A stretch of DNA of 59,744 nt, filler included, from 3 parts of 3 records of this genome joined end to end with filler, not necessarily neighbours in it, one strand, 5' to 3'. Shown: positions 41,954 to 52,381, counted from the first letter of the whole stretch. The notes: generated by a model not told the origin, from the sequence alone. Made by a program: numbers and translations.

Positions 41954-43252
41954 ATGGAACAACTCACCCACATCGGCCGCGGATTGATTGGGATCACCGC
42001 ATTCATTGGCCTCGCCGTTCTCTTCAGTTCCAACCGACGCGCGATCCCCTGGAGACTCGTTTTCACCGGGCTCGGCTTGCAAATTCTCTTCGGTTTTCTC
42101 GTGCTCCACGTCAATGCCGTGCGCCAAGTCGTCGAATGGATTGGTCTGTTCTTCGTCAATATCCTCGAATTCAACGCCGCCGGAGCCGAGTTTCTCTTCG
42201 GCTCGCTCATCACCGACAAGCAGACCTTCGGCTACATTTTCGCGTTCAACGTGCTGCCGACGATCATCTTCTTCTCCGCTCTCACTTCGCTCCTCTTCTA
42301 CTTGGGCGTGCTCCAAAAACTCGTTTACGTGTTCGCCTGGGTGATGTCGAAAACGATGAAACTCTCCGGCGCGGAAAGCCTCAGCGCCTCGGCCAACATT
42401 TTTCTCGGCCAAACCGAATCTCCCCTCCTCATCAAACCCTACCTCGCAAAGATGACGCGCTCGGAATTGATGGCGGTCATGTGCGGCGGCTTCGCTACCA
42501 TCGCCGGTGCGGTGCTCGTCGCCTATATCGGCATGCTCGGCGGCGACGATCCGGAAACCCGGCTCACCTTCGCGAAGCATCTGCTCACCGCTTCCGTGAT
42601 GTCAGCCCCCGCCGCGCTCCTCACCGCCAAGATCCTCCAACCGCAAACCGAGGAAGTCGATCGCACCATCGAAATCGATCAGAAGAAGATCGGGGCCAAC
42701 GCCCTCGAAGCCGTCGCCAATGGCACGACCGACGGCGTGAAATTGGCCGTCAACGTCGGCGCGATGCTCCTGGTCTTCACCGCCATGATCGCGTTTGCGA
42801 ACTGGATCCTCTCCGCCGGGATCGGCAGTTGGACGGGCCTCAACGAATGGATCGCCGCGAGCACCGACGGACGTTACAGCGAATTCTCGCTCCAATATGT
42901 CTTCGGGATCGTCTTCGCTCCCCTTGCCTGGTTGATGGGCGTGGGCTACGGCAGCCTGACCGTCGCCGGACAAATCATTGGCGAGAAAACCATTCTCAAC
43001 GAATTCTTCGCCTACGGCACCCTCGGCCAAATGACCAGTGCCGGACTCCTCCCCAACGTGCGCGATCAGATTATTCTCACCTACGCCCTCTGCGGCTTTT
43101 CCAACATCGCGTCCATCGGCATCCAAATCGGCGGTATCGGCACCCTCGCCCCGAATCAACGCGCGACCCTCGCCCAAATCGGCGTCAAAGCCCTCCTCGG
43201 TGGCAGCATCGCCTGCTTCCTCACCGCCTGCGTCGCCTCAATGATGACCTAG
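41954..43252 (+). CDS. Concentrative nucleoside transporter (NupC/CNT family)
   Basis: FAFNVLPTIIFFSAL, NIFLGQTESPL, NEFFAY and YALCGFSN motifs. Confidence 0.93.
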   Translation: MEQLTHIGRGLIGITAFIGLAVLFSSNRRAIPWRLVFTGLGLQILFGFLVLHVNAVRQVVEWIGLFFVNILEFNAAGAEFLFGSLITDKQTFGYIFAFNVLPTIIFFSALTSLLFYLGVLQKLVYVFAWVMSKTMKLSGAESLSASANIFLGQTESPLLIKPYLAKMTRSELMAVMCGGFATIAGAVLVAYIGMLGGDDPETRLTFAKHLLTASVMSAPAALLTAKILQPQTEEVDRTIEIDQKKIGANALEAVANGTTDGVKLAVNVGAMLLVFTAMIAFANWILSAGIGSWTGLNEWIAASTDGRYSEFSLQYVFGIVFAPLAWLMGVGYGSLTVAGQIIGEKTILNEFFAYGTLGQMTSAGLLPNVRDQIILTYALCGFSNIASIGIQIGGIGTLAPNQRATLAQIGVKALLGGSIACFLTACVASMMT

Positions 43253-43432
43253 AAATCGTTCTCTTTCCTCCTTATCAAAATCGTTCTCTCCAAATTGATT
43301 CTCACCACGACAGAAAGAACAAAATAACGCCTGCACCGTCGCGAGACCTCCACCTTTGCCCCCCCTTTTTTAATGTCTCGCGACGAACGCGACGCATCAA
43401 AAGCCGACCCTTTCCACTCAGAATACCCAAGA

Positions 43433-43468
43433 TTGACTTCCTCAGTAAGTTGGACAGCTTCCTGTCCA
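43433..43468 (+). promoter_or_regulatory. yefM-yoeB promoter with operator palindrome TGGACAG-CTTC-CTGTCCA
   Basis: TTGACT -35 at 43433. A perfect 7-bp inverted repeat (43451-43468) sits immediately before the ATG. Confidence 0.6.
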
Positions 43469-43469
43469 T

Positions 43470-43727
43470 ATGAAAGCCATCACTTACACTGCTGCCCGTG
43501 AGAATCTAGCCAGCACGATTGATCAGGTCTGCAATGATCGAAATCCGGTGATCATCACGCGCAAACGAAGCCAATCCGTCGTCATGATGTCACTGAGTGA
43601 CTACGATGCATTGGAGGAAACCGCTTACCTGTTGAGAAGCCCGGCCAACGCCAAGCGATTGGTCTCGGCATTGGAGAATCTTGAAAAAGGAAAGACCAAG
43701 GAAAGACAGATCGATTTGGATTCATGA
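43470..43727 (+). CDS. yefM: Antitoxin YefM (Phd family)
   Basis: ITYTAARENL..PVIITR..ETAYLLRSPANAKRL. Confidence 0.93.
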   Translation: MKAITYTAARENLASTIDQVCNDRNPVIITRKRSQSVVMMSLSDYDALEETAYLLRSPANAKRLVSALENLEKGKTKERQIDLDS

Positions 43728-43984
43728 ACCTCACGTTCACACCGGAGGCTTGGGAGGATTACCTTTACTGGCAAAAGCACGATAAGCGTGTGCTCAGGCG
43801 CATCCACGAACTCATCAAGGATATCAAACGAAACCCCATCGAAGGCATCGGCAAACCGGAAGCCCTGCGACACAATCTATCAGGATGCTGGTCCCGACGA
43901 ATCACCGAGGAGCATCGCATCGTTTACAAAGTCACCACCACGGGCGTCGCGTTTCTTCAAATGCGCTATCACTACGCGAGCTAG
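43724..43984 (+). CDS. yoeB: Toxin YoeB/Txe (ribosome-dependent mRNase)
   Basis: AWEDYLYWQ, GIGKPEAL, WSRRITEEHR, C-terminal RYHY. Confidence 0.95.
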   Translation: MNLTFTPEAWEDYLYWQKHDKRVLRRIHELIKDIKRNPIEGIGKPEALRHNLSGCWSRRITEEHRIVYKVTTTGVAFLQMRYHYAS

Positions 43985-44080
43985 AGCATTGCAGTCTCCT
44001 CGATACTGACATAGCTTGCAAATGACCTATCTGATCACTAACCGGAAAATCATAAGTAATATTGCATGACTTGATTGAGC

Positions 44081-44476
44081 ATGAATCATTTTCATCCATC
44101 GCTAAGCTACTTCTGCTTTTCAATTTGCGTCATTTTTCTCGTATGTAGCGGGAACCTTGCGAACGCAGACAATGCACCGAGACCAAGAGATGGAATCTCT
44201 GAAATTGGCACAGAAGACCACATCCCGATCGGGATACTATATCTGTGGAAAAATGGTTCATTCAGCAGGATGAACGGTGCGAAGGTTACAGAGGATCAAA
44301 TAATTAATAAAACGCTGATCTACTCTATTTCCCGGAAACGTGATTCCGCAATATACGTGGTTGTGGATGACAACGCAAAATTCGGCGAAGTCATACAGAT
44401 GACTGACTATGTGGCTCAAAAGTTGGGGATATACAGAATCTATTGGGCATACCGCAGTAGAATATCCAATAGATGA
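44081..44476 (+). CDS. Exported hypothetical protein with ExbD/TolR-like C-terminal fold, AT-rich
   Basis: Signal peptide; IYVVVDDNAKFGEVIQMTD..LGIYRI resembles the ExbD periplasmic domain. Confidence 0.5.
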   Translation: MNHFHPSLSYFCFSICVIFLVCSGNLANADNAPRPRDGISEIGTEDHIPIGILYLWKNGSFSRMNGAKVTEDQIINKTLIYSISRKRDSAIYVVVDDNAKFGEVIQMTDYVAQKLGIYRIYWAYRSRISNR

Positions 44477-44550
44477 GTTAGCCAATCTCAGCAAAAACCC
44501 TGTTCATAACTTAGTGCAAAAATCGGTGAAAAGTAGATCAGCAACAGGTT

Positions 44551-44946
44551 CTAGTCTTCCCCGCGCACCCTACCCCGTTTTGCCTTATGCTTCGCGCGGT
44601 GTTTCTTATCATCGACCATCCGGGCTTTTTGACGGGGTGATTTTTGGCGGACGCGACGTCGCTGTTTTTCGCGATCCTGCTTGGCGGCCTGCTTCTTCTG
44701 ATCACGGACGCCCTCCAATTTACCACACAACTCGTTCCACGCCGTCTCCCGATTAGCGGTTTGGGAGCGCCCGGCCTGGCACTTCACTTCGATCCCGGAT
44801 GGGGCGTGACGCAGCCAGACGGTGGATGAGGTTTTGTTGATCTTTTGTCCTCCCGGCCCCGTTCCTCGCACGAAACGTTCCTCCACATCCTCGGTGTTAA
44901 GACCGAGGGCTTGGAATCGTTCTTCGATTTGGGTTGGAATTTGCAT
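44551..44946 (-). CDS. Short GGQ peptidyl-tRNA hydrolase / release-factor-like protein (ArfB/C12orf65-like)
   Basis: FVRGTGPGGQKINKT, RSQTANR and a long basic C-terminal tail. Confidence 0.85.
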   Translation of the reverse strand: MQIPTQIEERFQALGLNTEDVEERFVRGTGPGGQKINKTSSTVWLRHAPSGIEVKCQAGRSQTANRETAWNELCGKLEGVRDQKKQAAKQDREKQRRRVRQKSPRQKARMVDDKKHRAKHKAKRGRVRGED

Positions 44947-45025
44947 GGCCGAAACGTTTTTGTGGTGAAACCATTTTCCCTTTTACGAGTCAAATCCGAC
45001 AAAACTTCATACTCACCCTTTTACT

Positions 45026-45997
45026 ATGCTTACAGGTCCCGCTTGGTCTCAGAAACTCCGTGACGAAATTGGCAAAGCCGTCATCGGCCAGGATGCCGTC
45101 GTCGAACGCCTTCTTGTCGCCCTGCTTGCCAATGGGCACGTCCTCCTCGAAGGCATGCCCGGTCTGGCGAAAACGCTCCTGATCAAAACACTCGGCACTT
45201 CGCTCGGCGTGCAATTCGAGCGCGTGCAGTTCACGCCCGATCTACTCCCCAGTGATGTCGTCGGCACGATGGTGTTCTCTCCAAAATCAGGTGAGTTCAC
45301 CGCGCATCACGGCCCGATCTTCGCCAATCTCGTCCTGGCCGATGAAATCAACCGTGCTCCGGCCAAGGTCCAGAGCGCGTTGCTCGAAGCCATGCAGGAG
45401 CGTCAAGTCACGATCGGCGGACACACCCATCCCCTACCCAAACCGTTCTTCGTGATGGCGACGCAAAATCCGGTCGAGCAGGAAGGCACCTACCCGTTGC
45501 CGGAAGCTCAGACGGATCGTTTCCTCTTCAAGCTGATCGTCGATTACCCGACCGCCGAAGAGGAATCGACGATGATGCAGCGTTGGGGTCAGGTCACGAA
45601 GCAACCCGAGATTCGATCCGTTTCCAACGGCGAGGAATTGCTCACGTTGCGTCCGCAGGTCGACGCGGTGCACGTCTCGCCTGCAGTTCAGGGTTACATT
45701 CTCTCATTGGTCCGAGGCACGCGCGCCCTCGCCGATGCCGAGAACGGTCCGAAACGTTATCTAAATTTCGGCGCCTCGCCCCGCGCTTCGCTTGCGCTTT
45801 ATCAAGCCGGTAAAGCGCTCGCTTGGTTGCGCGGTCAGGATTATCTCACGCCGGCGCTCGTGCAGGATATCGCCACCGACACGCTCCGCCATCGCATCGG
45901 CCTCACTTACGAGGCGGAGGCCGAGGAGATCACGACTGACAAAATCATTTCGCAAGTGCTCGAGCAAACTCCGGTGCCCGCGAGCGCAAATAGCTGA
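45026..45997 (+). CDS. moxR: MoxR-family AAA+ ATPase
   Basis: [38 protein letters not shown] and [18 protein letters not shown]. Confidence 0.95.
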   Translation: MLTGPAWSQKLRDEIGKAVIGQDAVVERLLVALLANGHVLLEGMPGLAKTLLIKTLGTSLGVQFERVQFTPDLLPSDVVGTMVFSPKSGEFTAHHGPIFANLVLADEINRAPAKVQSALLEAMQERQVTIGGHTHPLPKPFFVMATQNPVEQEGTYPLPEAQTDRFLFKLIVDYPTAEEESTMMQRWGQVTKQPEIRSVSNGEELLTLRPQVDAVHVSPAVQGYILSLVRGTRALADAENGPKRYLNFGASPRASLALYQAGKALAWLRGQDYLTPALVQDIATDTLRHRIGLTYEAEAEEITTDKIISQVLEQTPVPASANS

Positions 45998-46035
45998 AAG
46001 TCGGAATGGTTGAACCTAATCCAAGCAGACGAATC

Positions 46036-46109
46036 GTCGGGGCGTGCCTTGGGCGCGCCCGGGGCTCATTGCACTCTTGGCGACGGGCGCGCCCAAGGCG
46101 CGCCCCTAC
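46036..46109. repeat. GTAG-type REP doublet between moxR and DUF58 gene
   Basis: GTCGGGGCGTGCCTTGGGCGCGCCC ... GGGCGCGCCCAAGGCGCGCCCCTAC. Confidence 0.7.
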
Positions 46110-46121
46110 ATCCACCTCCCG

Positions 46122-47033
46122 ATGAGCGCACTATCGGATTCAGACCTTCAGTCTTCCGGCCCTTCGCCCCTTGCCTTACTGCGTCAGTTGGAATGGCGGG
46201 TGCGTCATGCGGTCGAAAACGTGCTCAGTGGTGAATACCGTTCGGCGTTTCGCGGACGCGGAATGGAGTTCGATCAGGTCGTGCGTTACGAATTCGGCGA
46301 CGATGTGCGCGACATCGATTGGAATGTGACCGCGCGTCTCGGCGAACCGTATCGCAAGAAATTCGTGGAGGAGCGCGAGGTCACCCTGCTGATCGTCTTT
46401 GAAGATTCGCCCAGTTTAAATTTCGGCTCCGGCGCGCAAACCAAGCGCGAGGCGCTGCTGGAGCTCGCGGGGCTCGTCATGCTGCTCGGGGCGGTCAATC
46501 GCGATCGCGTCGCCCTCGTGCACGCGGCTCCGGGCGGACACATGTTTCGGGAACCGGTTCGCGGCCGAGGCGCAATCATGCACTCCGCCGCTTCCCTCCT
46601 CGCGCAACCGGCGCCCGATGTCACCGCAGGGGATCCGGAGATTCCGTGGCGGCTCCTGGCTCGCGCCGCCCCGAAACACAGCGTGATGATCTGGCTCGGC
46701 GATTTTCCGCCACGCGTGCAACCCGAGGGGTGGACCGTGCTGCAACGCCGTTATCAAAGCATGGGGTTCCGCGTGGACGATCCTTGGGAACGCGAGCTCC
46801 CACGCGACGAGCCTTTCGCCGCTTACGATCCCACCAGCGGCCGTCTCGTCACCCTCGACGGTTCCGCCGCGGAACGCGCCGCCCATGCCACGTGGCAACG
46901 CGAACGCGAAGAATCATGGCAATCGCTTTTTCCCGATCGACTCGGCCGACTCGTGCTCAGCACGGAGGAGAACCGGTTGGATGCACTCGTTAAATTCTTT
47001 CATGCCCGGATGCGCGCCGGAGCGATTCGTTGA
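46122..47033 (+). CDS. DUF58 family protein
   Basis: GEYRSAFRGRGMEF..GDDVRDIDWNVTAR..EERE; located after moxR. Confidence 0.9.
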   Translation: MSALSDSDLQSSGPSPLALLRQLEWRVRHAVENVLSGEYRSAFRGRGMEFDQVVRYEFGDDVRDIDWNVTARLGEPYRKKFVEEREVTLLIVFEDSPSLNFGSGAQTKREALLELAGLVMLLGAVNRDRVALVHAAPGGHMFREPVRGRGAIMHSAASLLAQPAPDVTAGDPEIPWRLLARAAPKHSVMIWLGDFPPRVQPEGWTVLQRRYQSMGFRVDDPWERELPRDEPFAAYDPTSGRLVTLDGSAAERAAHATWQREREESWQSLFPDRLGRLVLSTEENRLDALVKFFHARMRAGAIR

Positions 47034-48055
47034 TGTTTGACGATTTCACATTTCAGGATCCGTGGTGGTTCGCCGCTCTTTTGCTGTTGCCGTTGCTCAT
47101 CTGGATGCGGGGACGCCGTCGCGTGCCGGTGTTGCTGGTGCCGTTTGCCGCCGCTTGGCACCGTCCTTCCCTGACCACGCTTTCGCGCTGGCCGGTCAGT
47201 TTCGCACTGTTTGGTCTCGTGCTCCTCGTCGTCGCCCTGGCGCGCCCGCAACGCGTGGAAGACAAACACGAGGTCAACACCAAGGGATACGACATCATGC
47301 TCGCGATCGATCTCTCCGGATCGATGATGGCGGAGGATTATGAAAACGCCCACGGGCGCGTGAATCGGCTCCAAGCGATCAAACCCGTGATTCAGGCTTT
47401 CATCAATGACCGGCCGACCGACCGGATCGGTATCGTGCTCTTCGCCGGACGCGCCTACACCATGGCCCCCCTCACCTTCGATCACGATTGGCTGGAACGG
47501 CAAATCGAGCGAATCAAGATTGGCCTGATCGCCGAGGATGGCACGGCGATTGGCGATGGACTTGGCATCGCCTTGACCCGACTCGAACAGGCCGCACGTC
47601 AGAAAAACGGACAACGCCAGGGCGCGTTTGTTGTGTTACTCACCGACGGCGCGAACAATCAAGGGGCCTTGCAACCCAGCCAAGCCACCGACATTGCGAA
47701 ATCGCGCGGCGTGCCGGTTTACACGATCGGCGCCGGTCGCAGCGGAATCGTGCCGGTGCCCGTCATCGACGAAAATGGCAACCGGGTGGGCATGCGCCGG
47801 ATGCTCTCCGATCTCGATGAAGGCACGCTGATCGAAATCGCATCGCAAACCGGGGGGCGCTATTTCCGGGCTGCTGAGAGTGACACGATTGAAGAAGCCT
47901 TCGCCTCTATCGACGAGGCCCAGAAAATTGAGTTTCAATCGAAAAGCTATCTCGTCACGACGGAATTTTTCCACTGGGTGGCGGTGCCTGCGGTCGTGGC
48001 CCTCTTGCTCGGCGGCATTATGGCGCGGTCACCTTGGCGAAAGGGGGACACATGA
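47033..48055 (+). CDS. batA: BatA-like VWA membrane protein
   Basis: N-terminal TM/BatA motif, LARPQ, MIDAS DLSGSM, GTAIGDGL, LLTDG. Confidence 0.85.
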   Translation: MFDDFTFQDPWWFAALLLLPLLIWMRGRRRVPVLLVPFAAAWHRPSLTTLSRWPVSFALFGLVLLVVALARPQRVEDKHEVNTKGYDIMLAIDLSGSMMAEDYENAHGRVNRLQAIKPVIQAFINDRPTDRIGIVLFAGRAYTMAPLTFDHDWLERQIERIKIGLIAEDGTAIGDGLGIALTRLEQAARQKNGQRQGAFVVLLTDGANNQGALQPSQATDIAKSRGVPVYTIGAGRSGIVPVPVIDENGNRVGMRRMLSDLDEGTLIEIASQTGGRYFRAAESDTIEEAFASIDEAQKIEFQSKSYLVTTEFFHWVAVPAVVALLLGGIMARSPWRKGDT

Positions 48056-49914
48056 GCTTTGCATGGCCCCATCTTCTTTATCTCTGTCTTGTGCCCCTCG
48101 TCCTGCTCGTCTGGGAATTCCGGCGGCGGCGGCAAAAAACCGGCACGACGGATCATCCCAAAATCCTCCAAGCTGAGGCCGGTCAAAATCAATTACAACT
48201 GCGAGGCCACGGCGCTTCCCGAAGGCAGCGCGCGCGGATCTGGCTTTATCTCGGTCTGGTGTTCGCCGTGGTGGCGATTGCCCGTCCGCAATGGGGACAC
48301 TTGGAAGAACCGGTCTTCGATCAATCCCGCGAGATCCTCATCGCGGTCGATCTCTCACGCTCGATGCTCGCTGAAGATGTGCGGCCTTCCCGACTCGATC
48401 GTGCGAAGCTGTTGATCAGCAGTCTCCTCGAAAAACTCGAGGGTGAGCGTGTCGGGTTGATCGTCTTTTCCGGGACCGCCTTTTTGCAAAGCCCGCTCAG
48501 CGCCGATTACGAGATTCTCCGTGAATTCCTCCCGGCCCTCGATCCCGACTATTTACCCGAAGGTGGCACGAATTATCAGGCGCTCGTCGAAACCGCCTTG
48601 TCCGCTTTTGCCACGAGTGGTTCGGCGGATCGATTTCTGATCGTGCTCAGCGACGGCGAGGCCACCGATGAGAATTGGCAGAAACTCGTTGAGAAATTGC
48701 AGAAGAAAAACATCCGCACGCTCTCCCTCGGGATCGGCACCACTGCCGGGTCGATGATCCCGGATGGCAGCGGTTCGTTTGTAAAGGATGATCGCGGTGC
48801 GGTCGTGCTCTCGAAACTCGCGCCCACAACGCTGCGTGAATTGGCCGAGCAGACCAACGGGCTTTATCGCGACGCGAGTTCGTGGGTCGATCTCGCCGCC
48901 CTGCTTCAGGAAACCGTCGAGGCCGGACGCAAAGGCGAGTTTGTAGAGAAAAACACGGTGCGCCTGGTCGAGCGTTTCCAATGGGCGCTCATTCCCGCGT
49001 TCATCTGCATGCTAATGAGTCTTTGGCGGGAATTCCCGGTCCGCCCCCGTCCACGCGCTCTCAAGATCACTGCGACCAAAACCGCTGCCTTACTCATCGC
49101 AGGCTGGCTACTCGCGCCACATCCGACAATCCATGCCCAGGAAGCCGCCCCGGAACCGGAACTCACCCCGCTGGGCAAAATCGTCAGTCGGCTTTCCACC
49201 CAGGAAAGCAAGAGTGGACGCGACTGGGCCGAACTTGCCCGCGAAACCGTGACTTGGGGCCAAAAGCTCAAAACCGGCCAGCAGCCCGTGCCACCGAATC
49301 CGGTGAATGACGCTCTTCTGGCCGTGAAGCTCGGATCGAAGCTCGATCCTCAGACTGCCGATTGGGAGCAATTGCGCAGTGAACTCGAAGCTCTCCTCGA
49401 AAAGCCCGACGAGCAGCAGCAACAGGATCAGCAACAGCAGCAGGATCAACAGAACGAGGACCAGCAGGATCAGGATCAAAAGTCCGACCAGCAGAACCAA
49501 TCAAAGGATGGTCAACAAGGTGACCAAAAGGATTCATCAGAGGATCAGCAGAACTCCGAGGGCTCATCTGATGAACAACCGCAGCAGCACTCCGACGACA
49601 AACAGAAGTCTTCGGAAGACCAGTCCGAATCCTCTAAGGGCAACCAGCAGGATCAAGAAAACGAGGAGAAGGAATCCGCCTTTGGCGATATGAATGAACA
49701 ATCCGAGCCGCCTCAGCCCCAGCAAGGTGAGATGCAAAAGGTCGGTGGTGCCGAGCAGAAATCAGACGCTTCCTCCGATGAAACTGATCCCGCTCTCGCC
49801 GTGCCGTTGCAAAGATTGCAGAAGATCCGCAATCAGGATTCACCCGCGAAACTCTTCCAAATGATGGACGACTCTCCCGAGTCCTCCCCGAAACAAAAAG
49901 GCAAGACTTGGTAA
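48052..49914 (+). CDS. batB: BatB-like VWA protein fused to a BatC-like Gln/Asp-rich tail
   Basis: ARPQWG, DLSRSM and LSDGE, then a long Q/D/S-rich tract and terminal KTW. Confidence 0.8.
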   Translation: MSFAWPHLLYLCLVPLVLLVWEFRRRRQKTGTTDHPKILQAEAGQNQLQLRGHGASRRQRARIWLYLGLVFAVVAIARPQWGHLEEPVFDQSREILIAVDLSRSMLAEDVRPSRLDRAKLLISSLLEKLEGERVGLIVFSGTAFLQSPLSADYEILREFLPALDPDYLPEGGTNYQALVETALSAFATSGSADRFLIVLSDGEATDENWQKLVEKLQKKNIRTLSLGIGTTAGSMIPDGSGSFVKDDRGAVVLSKLAPTTLRELAEQTNGLYRDASSWVDLAALLQETVEAGRKGEFVEKNTVRLVERFQWALIPAFICMLMSLWREFPVRPRPRALKITATKTAALLIAGWLLAPHPTIHAQEAAPEPELTPLGKIVSRLSTQESKSGRDWAELARETVTWGQKLKTGQQPVPPNPVNDALLAVKLGSKLDPQTADWEQLRSELEALLEKPDEQQQQDQQQQQDQQNEDQQDQDQKSDQQNQSKDGQQGDQKDSSEDQQNSEGSSDEQPQQHSDDKQKSSEDQSESSKGNQQDQENEEKESAFGDMNEQSEPPQPQQGEMQKVGGAEQKSDASSDETDPALAVPLQRLQKIRNQDSPAKLFQMMDDSPESSPKQKGKTW

Positions 49915-49919
49915 TCACC

Positions 49920-52373
49920 ATGCACTCCCTCCGCTCAATCCTTTGTTTGTGTTTACTCGCCACCACCGCATTGGCGCAGTCCGTGCGTTGGCAAAACGGC
50001 GGCACCGGCGATCCCGCCGACCTCCAGCTTGTTTACGAAGACTGCAAGCCCACGGAAGATCCTCAGCTCCCCGAGATCGATGGCGCGCGCCTTAATTTCC
50101 GGGGACGTTCCGAACAGACCTCGATCATCAATTTTTCGATGACCCGCAGCGTGGTCTATTCCTACCGCCTGCAAATCAGCAAGGCGACTGCCGTCAGCAT
50201 CCCAGCCTTCAAAGTCGCCACCGATCAGGGCGAGCTCACCGTTCCGGCCTACAACACGAATACGGTGCAACCGGGTCCCGAAGCGGACATTCACGCATCG
50301 TTGACCACAGGAAAGCAAACGGTTTGGGCCGGGGAAGTTTTCCCCCTCACCTATGGCTTCGACGTTGCACGCCGCTCGTTCAGCAATTTCGGCGGCGAGA
50401 TCGATTGGGATCCCTCTCCACTCGTCATCGAAGAATGGGGCAAATACCAAGCCGCCGAGTCAAACCGCAATGGTGAAACGCGCCTGATCGTCGCATTTCG
50501 AAATCGCGGCTATGCACCCAAGGCCGGCACTTACCAGCTCAAGCCCGTCAATCAGCTCCTCAATCTCACGCTCGGCACGGTCGGCTTCCGCCTGTTCCAG
50601 CAACAACGCATCGAACCCGTCGGCATCAGCACCGACCCTGTCGAATTGCAGGTCCGCGCCCTGCCGACTCCGCCCGCCAGTGGATTCAGCGGTGCGGTCG
50701 GGCAATTCGAATTCACGTCCAAAGTCGTCCCGGCCGAAGCCGCGGTCGGCGAACCGATCACGTGGACACTGCAGTTATCCGGATCCGGCAACTGGCCCGT
50801 GATCGACGGATTGCCGTCACGCTCTGTCTCCCGCGATTTTCAAGTCATCACTCCCGAGGCCAAGAAAACTCCCGAAGAAGGAAAGCTGTTCGATGCTTCC
50901 CTCACTGAAGATGTCGTGCTCGTGCCCACCAAACCCGGCACTTACACGCTCGGCGCAGTCGAATTCACTTATTTCAATCCGATAACCGGCACTTACGAAA
51001 CCGCACGTATTCCGGCCACCACGGCCACCGTTAGTGCGACCCCGACGGCCAATCCCAGCAGCCCCACCATCACGCCAACTCCCGACACGAATGCACCAGA
51101 AAGCAGTGCCCCGATCATCGCCCCCAAAGCGCCGACCGATCCGCAAGGCATCCCCCGCGATCCCATCGGCGGACAGGCCAAGGCCCGCGTGCCGTTCTCT
51201 TCCCCAACCCAATTGCTCGCCTACGCGGCGATTCCCCTCGGTGGCATCATTCTTGCCTGGATTCTTCTCGCCGCGCGTCACACCGCAAAAACTGACCCTC
51301 GCAAACCGCAACGCGCTGCTCGTCAGCGTTTGAGTAAAACGTTGGCACGTTTGGCCAGCGCATCGGAATCCGAGCGCGCGCCCCTGCTGATCAACTGGCA
51401 ACATGATGCGGCTCTACTCTGGTCACTCGATCACGCCGCACCTGCGGCAGAGGCATTTCCGAACGACGATTGGGCGACACTCTGGGCCGAAGCCGAACAA
51501 GTCCTCTACAGCGAAAAGAGTGATCTCCCCTCTGATTGGCAGGCACGAGCCACCGCCGGACTCGCCGCGAAAAAGATCCCCGGCACCGTTTGGCTACGCA
51601 CCTTACTGCCGCGCAATCTGTTTCCGTTTTTTGCCATTGTTCTCTGCCTGAGCCTCCTCCCGTCGCTGCGTGCGAGCGATCCCATTGAAGATTACGGCAA
51701 AGGTAATTTCGCAAAGGCTAAAAAATCGTGGCAGGATGCAGTCGAAAAGAATCCGACCGATTGGATCGCGCGTCACAATCTCTCGCTCGCCCTCGCCCAA
51801 CAGGATCGCTGGCCCGAAGCCGCCGCGCAAACCACCGCAGCCTTTATCCAGAACCCGCGCGATGATGCCAATCGCTGGAACCTTGCCTTGGCTTATCAAA
51901 AGGCCGGTTACACCCCCACCGCGATCGCACCCTTGCTCGAATCGCATCCGCTCACCGATATGGCGAAACTCGCATCACCCGCCGATTGGGAACGCGTCAT
52001 CATCACCAGCAGTATCGCGTTGAGCCTCTCGCTGCTGGTGCTGCTCCTGCGCGGCTATCACATCGCCCCTGCCCAACTCAAGTGGCCGGCGATTGTCGTG
52101 CTTCTCGCCAGCCTCACCCTGATCGGCAGCGCCTACACGGCGCGTCATAGCTACGGCATCGCCGCCGATGAGCAGGCCGCCCTTGTCTGGCACGATACCA
52201 CTCTCTATTCGATCCCCACTGAGGCGGACACCACGCAACAAACCACGACACTCTCGGCCGGCACGATGGGCACGATGTCAGATCAAGACTTCCTCGGCTG
52301 GACCCATCTCACCTTCCCCAACGGTCAAACCGGTTGGGTGAGAAAAGACGATCTCGTGGCGATCTGGAGATAA
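49920..52373 (+). CDS. batD: BatD-like protein fused to a BatE-like TPR/TM/SH3-like region
   Basis: Signal peptide, FSGAVGQF, TPR-like segment (ARHNLSLALAQ..NRWNLALA) and C-terminal GQTGWV. Confidence 0.75.
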   Translation: MHSLRSILCLCLLATTALAQSVRWQNGGTGDPADLQLVYEDCKPTEDPQLPEIDGARLNFRGRSEQTSIINFSMTRSVVYSYRLQISKATAVSIPAFKVATDQGELTVPAYNTNTVQPGPEADIHASLTTGKQTVWAGEVFPLTYGFDVARRSFSNFGGEIDWDPSPLVIEEWGKYQAAESNRNGETRLIVAFRNRGYAPKAGTYQLKPVNQLLNLTLGTVGFRLFQQQRIEPVGISTDPVELQVRALPTPPASGFSGAVGQFEFTSKVVPAEAAVGEPITWTLQLSGSGNWPVIDGLPSRSVSRDFQVITPEAKKTPEEGKLFDASLTEDVVLVPTKPGTYTLGAVEFTYFNPITGTYETARIPATTATVSATPTANPSSPTITPTPDTNAPESSAPIIAPKAPTDPQGIPRDPIGGQAKARVPFSSPTQLLAYAAIPLGGIILAWILLAARHTAKTDPRKPQRAARQRLSKTLARLASASESERAPLLINWQHDAALLWSLDHAAPAAEAFPNDDWATLWAEAEQVLYSEKSDLPSDWQARATAGLAAKKIPGTVWLRTLLPRNLFPFFAIVLCLSLLPSLRASDPIEDYGKGNFAKAKKSWQDAVEKNPTDWIARHNLSLALAQQDRWPEAAAQTTAAFIQNPRDDANRWNLALAYQKAGYTPTAIAPLLESHPLTDMAKLASPADWERVIITSSIALSLSLLVLLLRGYHIAPAQLKWPAIVVLLASLTLIGSAYTARHSYGIAADEQAALVWHDTTLYSIPTEADTTQQTTTLSAGTMGTMSDQDFLGWTHLTFPNGQTGWVRKDDLVAIWR

Positions 52374-52381
52374 CCAACATC

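Noticed and set aside
42136..43473. 445-aa alternative-frame ORF over the nucleoside transporter
   Set aside because: Arg-rich shadow frame caused by GC3 codon bias; the CNT frame has all family motifs.
49411..49670. CAG/GAT-rich quasi-repeats suggesting a repeat array
   Set aside because: Encodes the Gln/Asp-rich linker of the BatB-like protein; no fixed repeat-spacer periodicity, so not CRISPR.
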